Origin: Candidatus Parcubacteria bacterium
GTDB lineage: Bacteria; Patescibacteriota; Saccharimonadia; UBA4664; JBIOIQ01
Assembly (NCBI GenBank): GCA_963718875.1
Contig: OY970378.1
Location: forward strand, 260,396 to 324,395
DNA: 64,000 nucleotides
Reading direction: 5' to 3'
Shown here: in pieces, positions 39,653 to 48,590 of the stretch
Numbering within the stretch: the first letter of the stretch is position 1
Layout: every line of letters begins with the position of its first letter
Made by a program: the position numbers and the translations under genes
The notes under the pieces: model-generated
Told to the model about the DNA's origin: nothing
Databases searched by the model: none
The model's input: only the letters and a program-made list of their open reading frames with translations

Positions 39653-40390
39653 ATGACTGGACTTCGCGTAGTAAAGGATGACGCGCAGGTCAAGCCTGGT
39701 ACTGAGTTCTTTGAGCTGCCACTGGACCTATTGGTCATTGGCGATGACTTCAGGCTAGACGAGGATCTTGAGAGTCTGCAAGCGTTGGCTGAATCAATTG
39801 CGGAACTGGGAGTGTTACAACCGTTACTGGTGCGGGCGAAGGGGGAGGTTTGGGAAGTGGTGGCTGGTCGTCGTCGTCTGGCGGCATCCCGCATGGCCAA
39901 CCTGGAAACCGTGCCGTGTATTGTGGTCAATTCCACTGCAGATCGACCGCTTGATGCTACTTTGGCGGAGAACTTGCATCGCCGCAACTTGTCTCCGATT
40001 GAAGAAGCTCTGGCGTATGCTCGCTTAAGAGATGGAGACGGATTGAACCAGAGACAGATTGCGGATCGCGTGCGCCGCTCCCAGTCACATGTGTCAATGC
40101 ACCTGCGTCTTTTGGATCTATCCGCTGAGGTACAAACCGCGGTCCATCAAGGCAAGCTTTCTTACGTTACGGCCCTTAGGGGACGTAATCGGCCCGGTGG
40201 GCGGGAAGGGGGAGCGGACATCAAGCCGCTTTACGGTGATGAAGGAGCCCTGGCTTCTCATTGGCGTCGCCGTCACGATAGACTGATGACGGCTCTCACG
40301 GTTCTGCTCAGGGCACATCCCGCGAACGTTGCGGAATATCGCCAAATGATTGAGCGGGTAAGAAAGCTGGACGCAAAGCCGCTAGCCTAG
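39653..40390 (+). CDS. ParB/Srx-fold N-terminal-domain protein with HTH (ParB-like nuclease/DNA-binding protein), stand-alone
   Basis: LQPLLVRAKGEVWEVVAGRRRLAASRMANLETVPCIVV...QRQIADRVRRSQSHVSMHLRLL; RBS GGAGGAGG; no parA nearby. Confidence 0.55.
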   Translation: MTGLRVVKDDAQVKPGTEFFELPLDLLVIGDDFRLDEDLESLQALAESIAELGVLQPLLVRAKGEVWEVVAGRRRLAASRMANLETVPCIVVNSTADRPLDATLAENLHRRNLSPIEEALAYARLRDGDGLNQRQIADRVRRSQSHVSMHLRLLDLSAEVQTAVHQGKLSYVTALRGRNRPGGREGGADIKPLYGDEGALASHWRRRHDRLMTALTVLLRAHPANVAEYRQMIERVRKLDAKPLA

Positions 40391-40516
40391 GCGGTATCTA
40401 TGGGTTACGGGGCGGGAAGACCATCTGGTTTTCCCGCTACCGGGCCCTTTTTTAGTTTGCCATGAAGTTATTAATCTATTTCAAAAAGCCCTCACATAAG
40501 GGTGAGGCATTTGCAT

Positions 40517-40562
40517 TGGCGGGAGCTGATTAACGATTTTCGAACGGTTTTAAACTCATAAA
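40517..40562 (+). repeat. A repeat copy (full length)
   Basis: TGGCGGGAGCTGATTAACGATTTTCGAACGGTTTTAAACTCATAAA. Confidence 0.75.
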
Positions 40563-40613
40563 CGCGTTGCGCCCCCAAGCTGAGCAGGGACGCGCGGCGT
40601 GAGGGCGGCGATA

Positions 40614-41195
40614 CTAGAAGCGACTAGGTTTCTTTCGCTTGGCGAAGCGAGGGAAGAACCGGGGGGTTGTAGCTTTATATTTCCTGTACGCATTTCCGAA
40701 GCGCTTTTCCAAGATCTTTTCCTCTTGAGGGACGCGCAAGAAGAATAGGAGAAAAGGGATTGAGTTTCCAAGGGTAGCAACCCAATTGGCGGATACGATG
40801 CCGAACCCGAGGGCAATTATGCCGTACCCGACGTATATCGGATTACGCACGAAATGATACGGCCCATGTGTAACTAGTTGGTGCTTTTTGTTCAGCCCTA
40901 CGCCGCCAACAAAGTTTTTGCCTATGGCTCTCCTACTGTAAATAACAAGCTGGAGCCCGCCGCAAAAGAACAATGCTGCTACAAATCGCCAGGCTGTTCC
41001 ATGCACGGGGAGGTTGGCAAACTCTAACCAGGTTGGATAGAGGTAAAAGATGGTTGTAGTGACGCAGGCGATGCAGATGGAGCATCCGATAATCAGTTCG
41101 CGGAATGGTACTCCTTGCGGCCTTCTGTGTAGTCTATGCGCTATAACAAGGAAGATTGCAAGCTCAAAAGCAGGCAAAGCATAGTGTGCGAACAC
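40614..41195 (-). CDS. Isoprenylcysteine carboxyl / phospholipid methyltransferase family membrane protein
   Basis: HQLVTHGPYHFVRNPIYVGY...EEKILEKRFGNAY matches the C-terminal SAM-binding region of ICMT/PEMT. Confidence 0.55.
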   Translation of the reverse strand: MFAHYALPAFELAIFLVIAHRLHRRPQGVPFRELIIGCSICIACVTTTIFYLYPTWLEFANLPVHGTAWRFVAALFFCGGLQLVIYSRRAIGKNFVGGVGLNKKHQLVTHGPYHFVRNPIYVGYGIIALGFGIVSANWVATLGNSIPFLLFFLRVPQEEKILEKRFGNAYRKYKATTPRFFPRFAKRKKPSRF

Positions 41196-41284
41196 AGCGA
41201 CTCCAGTATGGTCGAGGGATAACTTATTATATCATAAATGTGATTTTAGAACGAAAGTAGCGATGATTACTCGGTTTAATAACG

Positions 41285-41337
41285 AAAAAGGCCCACGGGG
41301 TTGGACCGAAATGGTCTCTTCCGTGGGCTGTTGCCCA
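41285..41337. repeat. Module D hairpin/terminator, copy 2
   Basis: Matches 19199-19250. Confidence 0.65.
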
Positions 41338-42027
41338 TTATGAGGAGGGCGGGATCTCTTTGTATAGCTCCCAACGCTGGTGCCGCTTGCCAGACAACGT
41401 GAGTCCGGATCGGCCGAGAGCTTCACGAATTGCTTCGAAGCGGTCGAGAGCTTTCTGAACAACTCGCTCAGTTCGACCGTACCCAGCAAGCATCAGCCTG
41501 CAAACGGTGAACTCATCAAGTTCCGTCAGTGCTTCGACCGTGGTGATCCCAGCGTCGAGGATCAGTTGGAGCGCGACCTGTGCGTCATGCGATCCGGCCA
41601 GACTAAGACCCTGCAGTGCGTGAGCGCGGGGATGAGGGGAAATCAGCAGCGGTGCTTCCATGCGATTGAGGTTTTCGAAGTAACTGTTGGCCCATGTTAT
41701 CGCTCGACGTCCAATCTCCTCCAGGAAGTCGTCAATAAGGTGGGTCATTGCTCCGCATGAATTGCAGTATCCGGTCCTTCTCTGGCTCCGCGGGTTAACG
41801 GCGATGTCGGACTGCTCGACTGGCGAGCCGGGGCTGGCGGGCTCGAAGTAGGTGCCTTTGAGTTGTCCCACGATGTATGCACCGAGGGTGACACGACTTC
41901 CTCTAGATCCGCTGGGGCATCCAGCATGGCAGGTGACCTGCGGGGATGCGTAGACAAGTCCTTCGCCGTCGGGCTGGTCGCTTTGACGGGAGAAGTGAAC
42001 GTGAAGGAGTCTCTGTCGACGACTCAT
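41338..42027 (-). CDS. Hypothetical cassette protein with C-terminal helix-hairpin-helix-like segment
   Basis: GC-rich; RBS GGAAAGGTGG; LILDAGITTVEALTE...LAGYGRTERVVQKALD. Confidence 0.35.
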   Translation of the reverse strand: MSRRQRLLHVHFSRQSDQPDGEGLVYASPQVTCHAGCPSGSRGSRVTLGAYIVGQLKGTYFEPASPGSPVEQSDIAVNPRSQRRTGYCNSCGAMTHLIDDFLEEIGRRAITWANSYFENLNRMEAPLLISPHPRAHALQGLSLAGSHDAQVALQLILDAGITTVEALTELDEFTVCRLMLAGYGRTERVVQKALDRFEAIREALGRSGLTLSGKRHQRWELYKEIPPSS

Positions 42028-42175
42028 GATGTTACCACCTTTCCAAGTGGTTGGGGGAACGCTTCAAGTATCCAAGAAGCTTTATTAACTATAACATACT
42101 TCAGCAATAAAAACAAGTTATCACAAAAAGAAACAAAAAGAGACTCCGAAAAGTCTCATTTAAGCATAAGTACTA

Positions 42176-42208
42176 TGGCGGGAGCTTATTAACGATTTTC
42201 GAACGGTT
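42176..42208 (+). repeat. A repeat copy fused directly to module B
   Basis: TGGCGGGAGCTTATTAACGATTTTCGAACGGTT then ...AACCGAGATAAGTTTGACA. Confidence 0.75.
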
Positions 42209-42214
42209 ACGGCT

Positions 42215-42300
42215 CAAGCTTAACCGAGATAAGTTTGACATAACGTAAGAATTATGATAAGATGAAGCGATTCTGACGAAAGTCAGCGCTCCTCTCCTGC
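42215..42300. promoter_or_regulatory. Module B promoter TTGACA(42235)-17 bp-TAAGAT(42258) plus leader hairpin CTGACGAAAGTCAG
   Basis: About 85% identical to 27380-27450. Confidence 0.55.
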
Positions 42301-42339
42301 GAGTTGGAATTGGCATTTAGGTAAGTAGGCAAAAAGTAG

Positions 42340-43023
42340 TTGCTTGAATGCCAAGTCCAAATACAGGAGGTATCCGAAATGACAAAGACAATGACCGGCC
42401 CCCAGACCCTCGACGCATTGATTCAGAACTGGTTCATGCTGAGCGATGCCCATTTCATCTCCGTCCTTGGTGACGGCGAGCAGGCACATGAGCTTCTTGA
42501 AGCACTCGACTGCATCGATGAGTCCATCCGCGCCTGCATTGCTCGCGATATCAGACTTGTGCTTGACAACGAGCTGCTCCTCACCAATGAGCGTGTTTGG
42601 CGGTTGCTCTACCACGGAGAAAAGTTAGTAGACGCCATGCTCATGCAGGACTCAGTCCCACGCTTGGCATGGAGTTATGCGCTCAAGTATGTACCTCGAC
42701 GACGCATCCAGGTAGCCGACAGATTGATCGCTGACGGTCAATCCCGGATGCTTCACATAATCGCCCGGATGGTTCCGGAGCGGGCGCGGCTAGCGTGGGA
42801 GATGCTCTGGGGAGGGCCGAGCAATCCTTCCCTGAACACGATCTTGTCGATCGCTAAGGCAAACCCCATGTTCCGTGCCGAAGTCGCCCAGATGCTGCTC
42901 GAGGGTTACCCAAGGGACCGAATTAGTGCCAAATCCATGGCGTGGGTCAGGCGCTACGGCGAGCCTGCTCAACGTTTGGAGGCAGAAGCTCAGCTCGAGC
43001 GTCTGAAGGCTGACCCTCGCTAA
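42340..43023 (+). CDS. Hypothetical 227-aa cassette protein
   Basis: GC-rich; followed by module E. Confidence 0.4.
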   Translation: MLECQVQIQEVSEMTKTMTGPQTLDALIQNWFMLSDAHFISVLGDGEQAHELLEALDCIDESIRACIARDIRLVLDNELLLTNERVWRLLYHGEKLVDAMLMQDSVPRLAWSYALKYVPRRRIQVADRLIADGQSRMLHIIARMVPERARLAWEMLWGGPSNPSLNTILSIAKANPMFRAEVAQMLLEGYPRDRISAKSMAWVRRYGEPAQRLEAEAQLERLKADPR

Positions 43024-43065
43024 CCGTTCCTCTGAACCGCGCCGCTGGTCGTTCCCAACCTGCAC

Positions 43066-43338
43066 AGCCTCGCCGTTCACCTCCATGGTGGGCGGCGGGG
43101 CCGATTCCCAAGTCAATTTATGTAAGTTGGTTTAGGAATCGAAAAAAGCTGGGCTCGACCCTTCGATAAACTCAGGGTAAACCGGATACGGGCTTGACTA
43201 CGTCAACCCTGGCTGCCCGATCGGTCACAGTGCTCCCTCGGGCTAGTCGAACCGGCAGAAGATCGCCGATTCGAATATTCGCTAGCGCTCATCAAGAAAA
43301 GCCGACAACCACAAGGGTCATCGGCTTTTCTTGGCGGG
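43066..43338 (+). repeat. Composite block: module E hairpin, tail (i), about 190-bp segment carrying an inverted partial tRNA-Asp copy (GAACCGGCAGAAGATCGCCGATTCGAA) and hairpin GAAAAGCCGACAACCACAAGGGTCATCGGCTTTTC, ending in TTGGCGGG. Duplicate of 49074-49324
   Basis: Alignable throughout with the block abutting the real tRNA-Asp; 24-bp indel at 43160-43183. Confidence 0.7.
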
Positions 43339-43377
43339 AGCTTATTAACGATTTTCGAACGGTTTTAGCCTCATAAA
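43332..43377 (+). repeat. A repeat copy (full length), occupying the position the tRNA-Asp 3' end occupies in the 49.3-kb copy of the block
   Basis: TGGCGGGAGCTTATTAACGATTTTCGAACGGTTTTAGCCTCATAAA. Confidence 0.8.
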
Positions 43378-43427
43378 TGACGAAAGCTCCCAAACAGGCG
43401 AACTTTCGTTGGCTGCTTGAGAGCTGA

Positions 43428-43913
43428 TCAAACCCTTGAATGGGCGTTCCAGACGGGAGTGCGTACTTCAGAACTCTCTACCTGGAATGCTTCCATCAAG
43501 GCCAGGATATTGCGTCCCCATTGAGTAGTGCGGTCCAGCTCCTCCAAGTACTGCGAAGCTTTGCGGGTGCCAGCATTGACCTCGGCGGTGAGTTTTGCAT
43601 GAGTCGCGAGAATGTCCTGGATGATCAGCTGGATGGCTTCCTTCTGCGACATGTCGCAGGCTTCAGCGAGACGTTGGCACATGTCGAGAAAATCCTCGAA
43701 GGGCGCATCCATGCTTCTCACGACCGTCCCATCGTCTGGTATGTAGGACTCATTGCTGTCACGCGTGGCGCCAGCAGCCAGGTTCCAGGTAATGGCAGCG
43801 AGGTTCTTTGGATTTACGCCATCGCTGCGGATCCCTAGCGGATGCCAAAAACCCCGCAAGTCAAACTGTGTCATGACGATGGCACGGTCGATATTGGGCC
43901 TGAAAAAGGGCAT
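43428..43913 (-). CDS. Hypothetical cassette protein (start MPFFRPNIDRAIV, RBS GGAGG)
   Basis: GC-rich. Confidence 0.4.
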   Translation of the reverse strand: MPFFRPNIDRAIVMTQFDLRGFWHPLGIRSDGVNPKNLAAITWNLAAGATRDSNESYIPDDGTVVRSMDAPFEDFLDMCQRLAEACDMSQKEAIQLIIQDILATHAKLTAEVNAGTRKASQYLEELDRTTQWGRNILALMEAFQVESSEVRTPVWNAHSRV

Positions 43914-44180
43914 AGTATTGCCTCCAAGGTAGGTACGAGTAGGGCTTGGATCTATGCGGCACATAATATCATAAAATAAACAAAATGGCAATAATTTTAA
44001 CCTGAGCCACCAGCACAGAGGATGGCTTTCTATATCTCGTTCACTTTGAGATAAGCAAACAAATAGCTTAAGTAAGCAATAATAAAAGTTAACTTTTTAT
44101 AGGGTTGTTGCTACTGGAAATTCACAAGTCACCTCTTTAACGCTATGATTCAATTACGTCTTGCGATCTAGGAGGTCGTC

Positions 44181-44600
44181 ATGAAGTCCCTACTGTTTAA
44201 TCAATGTCCAAAGCCGGATGTAAACGGCCGGGTTCCGCTAGGTGGCGAGAGACTTGCCCAAATCGATAGCTACACAGTCAAGATCGATACGGCTTCTGGC
44301 TGGTGGGTGTTGGGTTGCATCGCCTTCACTCTGGTGTGCGCTGCTCTTGCCGCCCTTTTATCTCCAATTAGCGGAGACCTTCGCTGGATGTTCTTAATCG
44401 GTGGGGTCATCTTGGGGATGGGCGCATGTTGCGGTCTCTTCGCTGCTGTAGTGGCAGCAGACTATCGTGAGCATGTCAGAAAAGGCGGCCGGGTAGAATA
44501 TATGTCTCATCCATACCCCCATTTGCTCACCTGCGTGGGGCTAGGACGAGATACCAAAGACCCTTACGGCAGGAGGTGGCCAGGGCCGAAATCGGCCTGA
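44181..44600 (+). CDS. Small membrane protein (cassette, divergent from 43428..43913)
   Basis: RBS AGGAGG; two TM. Confidence 0.4.
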   Translation: MKSLLFNQCPKPDVNGRVPLGGERLAQIDSYTVKIDTASGWWVLGCIAFTLVCAALAALLSPISGDLRWMFLIGGVILGMGACCGLFAAVVAADYREHVRKGGRVEYMSHPYPHLLTCVGLGRDTKDPYGRRWPGPKSA

Positions 44601-44848
44601 GATGATGTTAAAAAGCCTGGACGGGGTGGAGGGCTAAGTGCCTCCTGTCCAGGTTAGCGGCCGGGAGAAATTCCGGCCTTTTGTATTGCTGGCGCGTTAC
44701 GTCAACATGGAGGACCAGGTTAGAACTTATTTTATGGTTATTTGAGCATATAAAAGGTGAAACCCCGCCAGAATCAGCGAGGCCACCTTGGAAGATGGTA
44801 CTGATCTTGACGGGGCTGTGGCTTGTAAGTGCTCCCGGTCTGGCTGCT

Positions 44849-45226
44849 CTAGTTCGGATTAAAGATGCGCTTGATGAGCCCGACTGCCCAGAAGGGTGGG
44901 CTTAGCAGAAGACTCAGCCAGATCAATCCCTCCCACCAGACCATCTTTACATCTTCTTCGTAATCGTAAACCAGCTCGGTGAGTACGCCCATGCCGACGA
45001 GCCAGCCGCAGATGAAGAGCAGAAAGGCGAAGATGGCGATTCCATCTCCGGTGCTCAGGTTCTGCTTTCCCGATGGGGAAAAGACTTCGAACCTCTTGCT
45101 CAGTTTCATTCCGCACATGCCGCTGCCTGAGCTGGATGGGGCAGGACATGTGGTTTGGTCTTGTTCGTCGACGGATATGAGTCCGTGGGTGTTGCACTCG
45201 CGAACCGGCCAGCTACGTACTTGCAT
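44849..45226 (-). CDS. WPVREC-THGLISVDE paralog family (copy 2) with C-terminal TM extension
   Basis: Shared N-terminal 35 aa with 31419..31724; promoter TTGACT-16 bp-TATTAT about 60 bp upstream. Confidence 0.5.
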   Translation of the reverse strand: MQVRSWPVRECNTHGLISVDEQDQTTCPAPSSSGSGMCGMKLSKRFEVFSPSGKQNLSTGDGIAIFAFLLFICGWLVGMGVLTELVYDYEEDVKMVWWEGLIWLSLLLSPPFWAVGLIKRIFNPN

Positions 45227-45377
45227 TTGGATTCTCCCGTAGTAGGGCAGAGCGCTTAGATGCGCTTCGCTTGATGACTTGCAGAGATTACGTATGATAA
45301 TAGCATTTTTTTATAAAAAGTCAATCGAAATTAAATAAACAAACAAAAAAGAGGCTTCGTAAAGCCTCAATAATTGC

Positions 45378-45406
45378 ATGGCGGGAGCTTATTGATGATT
45401 TTCGAA
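45378..45406 (+). repeat. A repeat copy (left half)
   Basis: TGGCGGGAGCTTATTGATGATTTTCGAAC. Confidence 0.7.
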
Positions 45407-45497
45407 CTACAGCTGCATTATAAAATGACGATGCCCCCAAAGATGCCTTGCGGCGTCCGAGGGGGCAGTTCGTCAGTCGAGCGAAGGAGCGGCCTTA

Positions 45498-45794
45498 TCA
45501 AGAGGCAATGACGGTGTAGTGGATGCGATGCCAGAGGCCTGTTTTGTAGGGCAGGATGCCCGCATCGTTCAGGTAGAGGCGCTCGGGGGAGCCGGGGTGA
45601 CCAACTTCTCTGACCATGACGAACGGCGCTTCTTCGGTTTCTACGCCGCTGACGATTTCGAACTTCATGCCGCCGTGGAATCGCGTGTCATGTCGTCGGA
45701 TGATGGTTCCTGGTGTGAGGAGGTAGAGATCGTCGGGCCCGAGAGCACCGGGGTGTTGCGGTCGGACGTCGGTAAGATCGGGGTCGGCTCTCAT
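45498..45794 (-). CDS. Hypothetical 98-aa cassette protein
   Basis: GC-rich. Confidence 0.35.
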   Translation of the reverse strand: MRADPDLTDVRPQHPGALGPDDLYLLTPGTIIRRHDTRFHGGMKFEIVSGVETEEAPFVMVREVGHPGSPERLYLNDAGILPYKTGLWHRIHYTVIAS

Positions 45795-45928
45795 CGTTGA
45801 CTTTTATTCGGCTGACGGATGTACTGATGCATTTTCGCACCATTAATGTTGATTATAGCATAAGCATGATAATAAGTCAATAATCTTGATTACATAACAA
45901 AAATAGGCAAGACCTTAATAAGTATTAT

Positions 45929-45980
45929 TGCGGGAGCCTGTTTGCCGACAGGCAGGCTAATTAACGATTTTCGAACCGTT
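45929..45980 (+). repeat. A repeat copy interrupted by a 20-bp hairpin insert (GCGGGAGC-CTGTTTGCCGACAGGCAGG-CTAATTAACGATTTTCGAACCGTT)
   Basis: Read directly. Confidence 0.65.
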
Positions 45981-46041
45981 TACTCGGTTTAATAACGGAA
46001 AGAGCCCCCAGGCAGAGGGATTTCCGTATTGCTTGAGGGCT

Positions 46042-46278
46042 TCAATTGGAAGGTCGCTTGATGCGCCGTACGAATTCATCGACATCGTCTTGATGTATAC
46101 GTGTCGCATGGTGGTTGCCGTCATCGATCTTGAATCGCAAGCCCCTCCCTAGGGCTGGCCTACCCGCTATGCCTTCGATGAAATAGCTGACATACTGCGT
46201 CTGCCGACCAACTAGATCTGATACCACCATCAGTGGCACATAGCCATCGGCGTCCGGTGAGTTATCGAAGATGGGCAT
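46042..46278 (-). CDS. Hypothetical 78-aa cassette protein
   Basis: ORF only. Confidence 0.3.
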   Translation of the reverse strand: MPIFDNSPDADGYVPLMVVSDLVGRQTQYVSYFIEGIAGRPALGRGLRFKIDDGNHHATRIHQDDVDEFVRRIKRPSN

Positions 46279-46290
46279 CTTTGGCCAGAT

Positions 46291-46605
46291 TCAATTAGTT
46301 TTCTCGGCTGCAGTCTCGATGTTGACTTTGGCTTCCATGACAGCGACTTGCCCCATGTACTTGGGGATCATTGCGATGGCAGCCTTTCCGGCACGTGCTT
46401 TGGCAGCCTCTTCCGTCTCAGCCGAGAGACTGAAGTCAAACCTGACCTCACAGAAGACGTTTGGGTCTGGTTCGATGAAGATTTCCAAACCCCAGAAGTC
46501 GTAATCATGGAGCAGGGTTTGACGGATTTCGGCCTCGTGTTGAGGAAGCAGGGTTGTAGCCGGACCTACCAAGGACAGGGTGACGTGGGCTTTCCAGTCT
46601 TGCAT
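46291..46605 (-). CDS. Hypothetical 104-aa cassette protein (start MQDWKAHV, RBS AAGGAG)
   Basis: GC-rich. Confidence 0.35.
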   Translation of the reverse strand: MQDWKAHVTLSLVGPATTLLPQHEAEIRQTLLHDYDFWGLEIFIEPDPNVFCEVRFDFSLSAETEEAAKARAGKAAIAMIPKYMGQVAVMEAKVNIETAAEKTN

Positions 46606-46639
46606 TGCGACTCCTTTTGTCGGGGGTTCCACCGGATGA

Positions 46640-46762
46640 AAGCGCACCGGTCCACGCATTCAGAACGAATTGATAACTATGCTACTAAAATACGCTTATT
46701 GCAACCATAAGCGGCAAAGCTTATCGAGAAAGTATTGACAAAGCATAAGTATTGTGCTAGTA
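46640..46762. promoter_or_regulatory. Module B copy with promoter TTGACA(46734)-17 bp-TAGTAT(46757)
   Basis: Shares CAACGCATTCAGAACGAATTGA(C/T)AACTAT with 39252-39280. Confidence 0.55.
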
Positions 46763-46886
46763 TTGTTGGATTCAATCGTTAAGGTTGAAATGTTCCTTAC
46801 AACTTCCTTTCTTGGTGTTTGTCGACTTGGTCACTAACAGCTTTAGCTGCTAGATCGACAGACATCTCAACGAAAGGAAAACTGTC

Positions 46887-47495
46887 ATGACACTGGCCGT
46901 CCAGATCTTCATCCACTCCAACCCCTTTGTCGGGATCATTTCCGACGTGGCATTCAACCGCATCGTTTCACGAGCGGTTTACGCAAGGGCCGAGGACATC
47001 CAGAAGCGCTACATGGCGGGCGAATACCCCCGCGATTCCTTCAGCTTCACCATACTCGACCCCACAGCTCCGGCCTCAACACCGAGCGAGGACGCCATCA
47101 TGGTGCTTGCCCTCATCGGGCCAGAGGGAGCAGACTTCGCTCCCAACGGCCTTGCCAAGGCAATCGAACACCGGGACTCGGGTACGGAGTGTGGTGTGCT
47201 GGTGTACACCCAGAAGCACCGGCTGCCCAGTGGAAGCTTCCGCTACGGGTTCTCCGTCTGCCTCGACGGCACCTACGTCGGCGGCAGTGGCGAAACCGAA
47301 CTTCAGGACCGCTACCAGTGCACCCTTCTCGCCGCGGATTTCAACCTCCGCATCGACACGACCATCAAGGAGTGGGAAGAGGTTCACGGCCCCGGTCGCT
47401 GGTTCAGCGAAGACAACAAGCCGGGCAGACGCATCACAGACGCGCTTGTATCGGTCATGTCAAGCCACCCCATGAGCCGTCCTGGCACGTCATGA
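46887..47495 (+). CDS. Hypothetical 202-aa cassette protein
   Basis: GC-rich; antisense ORFs rejected. Confidence 0.4.
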   Translation: MTLAVQIFIHSNPFVGIISDVAFNRIVSRAVYARAEDIQKRYMAGEYPRDSFSFTILDPTAPASTPSEDAIMVLALIGPEGADFAPNGLAKAIEHRDSGTECGVLVYTQKHRLPSGSFRYGFSVCLDGTYVGGSGETELQDRYQCTLLAADFNLRIDTTIKEWEEVHGPGRWFSEDNKPGRRITDALVSVMSSHPMSRPGTS

Positions 47496-47507
47496 CGTAA
47501 GCAGCAC

Positions 47508-47630
47508 AGCCTCGCCGTTCACCCTAGGGTGGGCGGCGGGGCCGATTCCCAAGCCCGTTAACGCAAGTTAATTGGCTTAGTAGTCGAAAGACTGATTTAC
47601 ATTCCCACAACCGCTCTGAAAGGAGCAACC
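47508..47630 (+). repeat. Module E hairpin plus promoter/leader module (ii) (...TTAACGCAAGTTAATTGGCTTAGTAGTCGAAAGACTGATTTACATTCCCACAACCGCTCTGAAAGGAG) running into the next start codon
   Basis: Near-identical copy at 48467-48590; related copy at 59640-59736. Confidence 0.65.
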
Positions 47631-47996
47631 ATGCTGAATTCTGTCGCCCGAGCCTCCCAGGCACTGGCAATCTGGCGCATCGCCGAAACCGGAGTCACCA
47701 ATGAGACGGACAACCGGGCCGATCTGAAAGGAGCGGTAGTACAAGCCCATCAGCAGTTCTTGCAGGCGGCCTACGACGTCGCCTTTGAACTGGTCCCCTT
47801 GCTTCTGAAGCACGGGGAAGTAGTCGCCAAGACTACAGTTCGCTACTCGGCTACTCCGGCCAACGGCGGCTTCGTACTGCAGGCGATGTCCGAAGACGAT
47901 CCCGGCATGCCGCTGAATCCCAACTCGCACGTCGAGCGGATACTCCAGCTCATGGTCGACCTGACGGAGCTGCTCGAGATCCTAGGGGTAGAGTAA
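47631..47996 (+). CDS. Hypothetical 121-aa cassette protein
   Basis: Stop overlaps start of next ORF (ATGA-type coupling). Confidence 0.4.
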   Translation: MLNSVARASQALAIWRIAETGVTNETDNRADLKGAVVQAHQQFLQAAYDVAFELVPLLLKHGEVVAKTTVRYSATPANGGFVLQAMSEDDPGMPLNPNSHVERILQLMVDLTELLEILGVE

Positions 47997-48454
47997 TGGA
48001 GTGCCCCAATTGTGGAGAGTCTGGACAGCCCGGTCATCACTGGTTGGCTGGGCAAGGATACGTCTGCTTCAACAAAGATGGGGGAGACGACGTTCCTCCT
48101 CCTGATATCCAGCTCTCGAAAGGAGCGGTAATGCCAGACACCGATGAGGTCCGTGTTTCGGATCTCCACCAGAGCTGTACTTTCAACGTCATCTACCATC
48201 CCACGAGCAACAGTCCGCTCTGTAACAAGCCCGCTACGTCGTTGGTGATGGTGACCGACGCTCCGCGCGTAAGCCAGCCGCCCAAGTGGCGGTGCGACGA
48301 GCACGAGGGCATGGTCAGCAGAGACGAGCGAGGAGAAGTTGTCACAGCCATGCCGCGTGAGCTGGCGGATTCGTTGACAGATCGCAGGCTTGGCAAGCCT
48401 GGCAACCCCATCCGGGCTTGGCTCGACATGCCGCCCCACGATGAGCCGTACTGA
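47996..48454 (+). CDS. Zn-ribbon (CPNCGESG...) cassette protein
   Basis: N-terminal CxxC plus downstream Cys/His. Confidence 0.4.
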   Translation: MECPNCGESGQPGHHWLAGQGYVCFNKDGGDDVPPPDIQLSKGAVMPDTDEVRVSDLHQSCTFNVIYHPTSNSPLCNKPATSLVMVTDAPRVSQPPKWRCDEHEGMVSRDERGEVVTAMPRELADSLTDRRLGKPGNPIRAWLDMPPHDEPY

Positions 48455-48466
48455 TCGCTTGTAGCA

Positions 48467-48590
48467 AGCCTCGCCGTTCACCTTCTGGGTGGGCGGCGGG
48501 GCCGATTCCCAAGTCTGTTAACGCAAGTTAATTGGCTTAGTAGTCGAAAGACTGATTTACATTCCCACAACCGCTCTCGAAAGGAGCATC
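48467..48590 (+). repeat. Module E plus promoter/leader module (ii), copy
   Basis: As 47508-47630. Confidence 0.65.

Noticed and set aside
39653-40390. ParB as a chromosome or plasmid partition protein
   Set aside because: No parA and no parS-like palindrome nearby. The gene is a single-gene cassette with its own promoter and terminator, so a stand-alone ParB/Srx-fold nuclease or DNA-binding role is more likely.
46927-48481. Antisense and off-frame ORFs in GC-rich cassettes (46927..47475, 47009..47209, 47076..47387, 47189..47500, 47577..47930, 47843..48481, 48193..48429)
   Set aside because: They overlap the RBS-preceded plus-strand genes 46887..47495, 47631..47996 and 47996..48454, which are flanked by promoter module (ii) and module E terminators.
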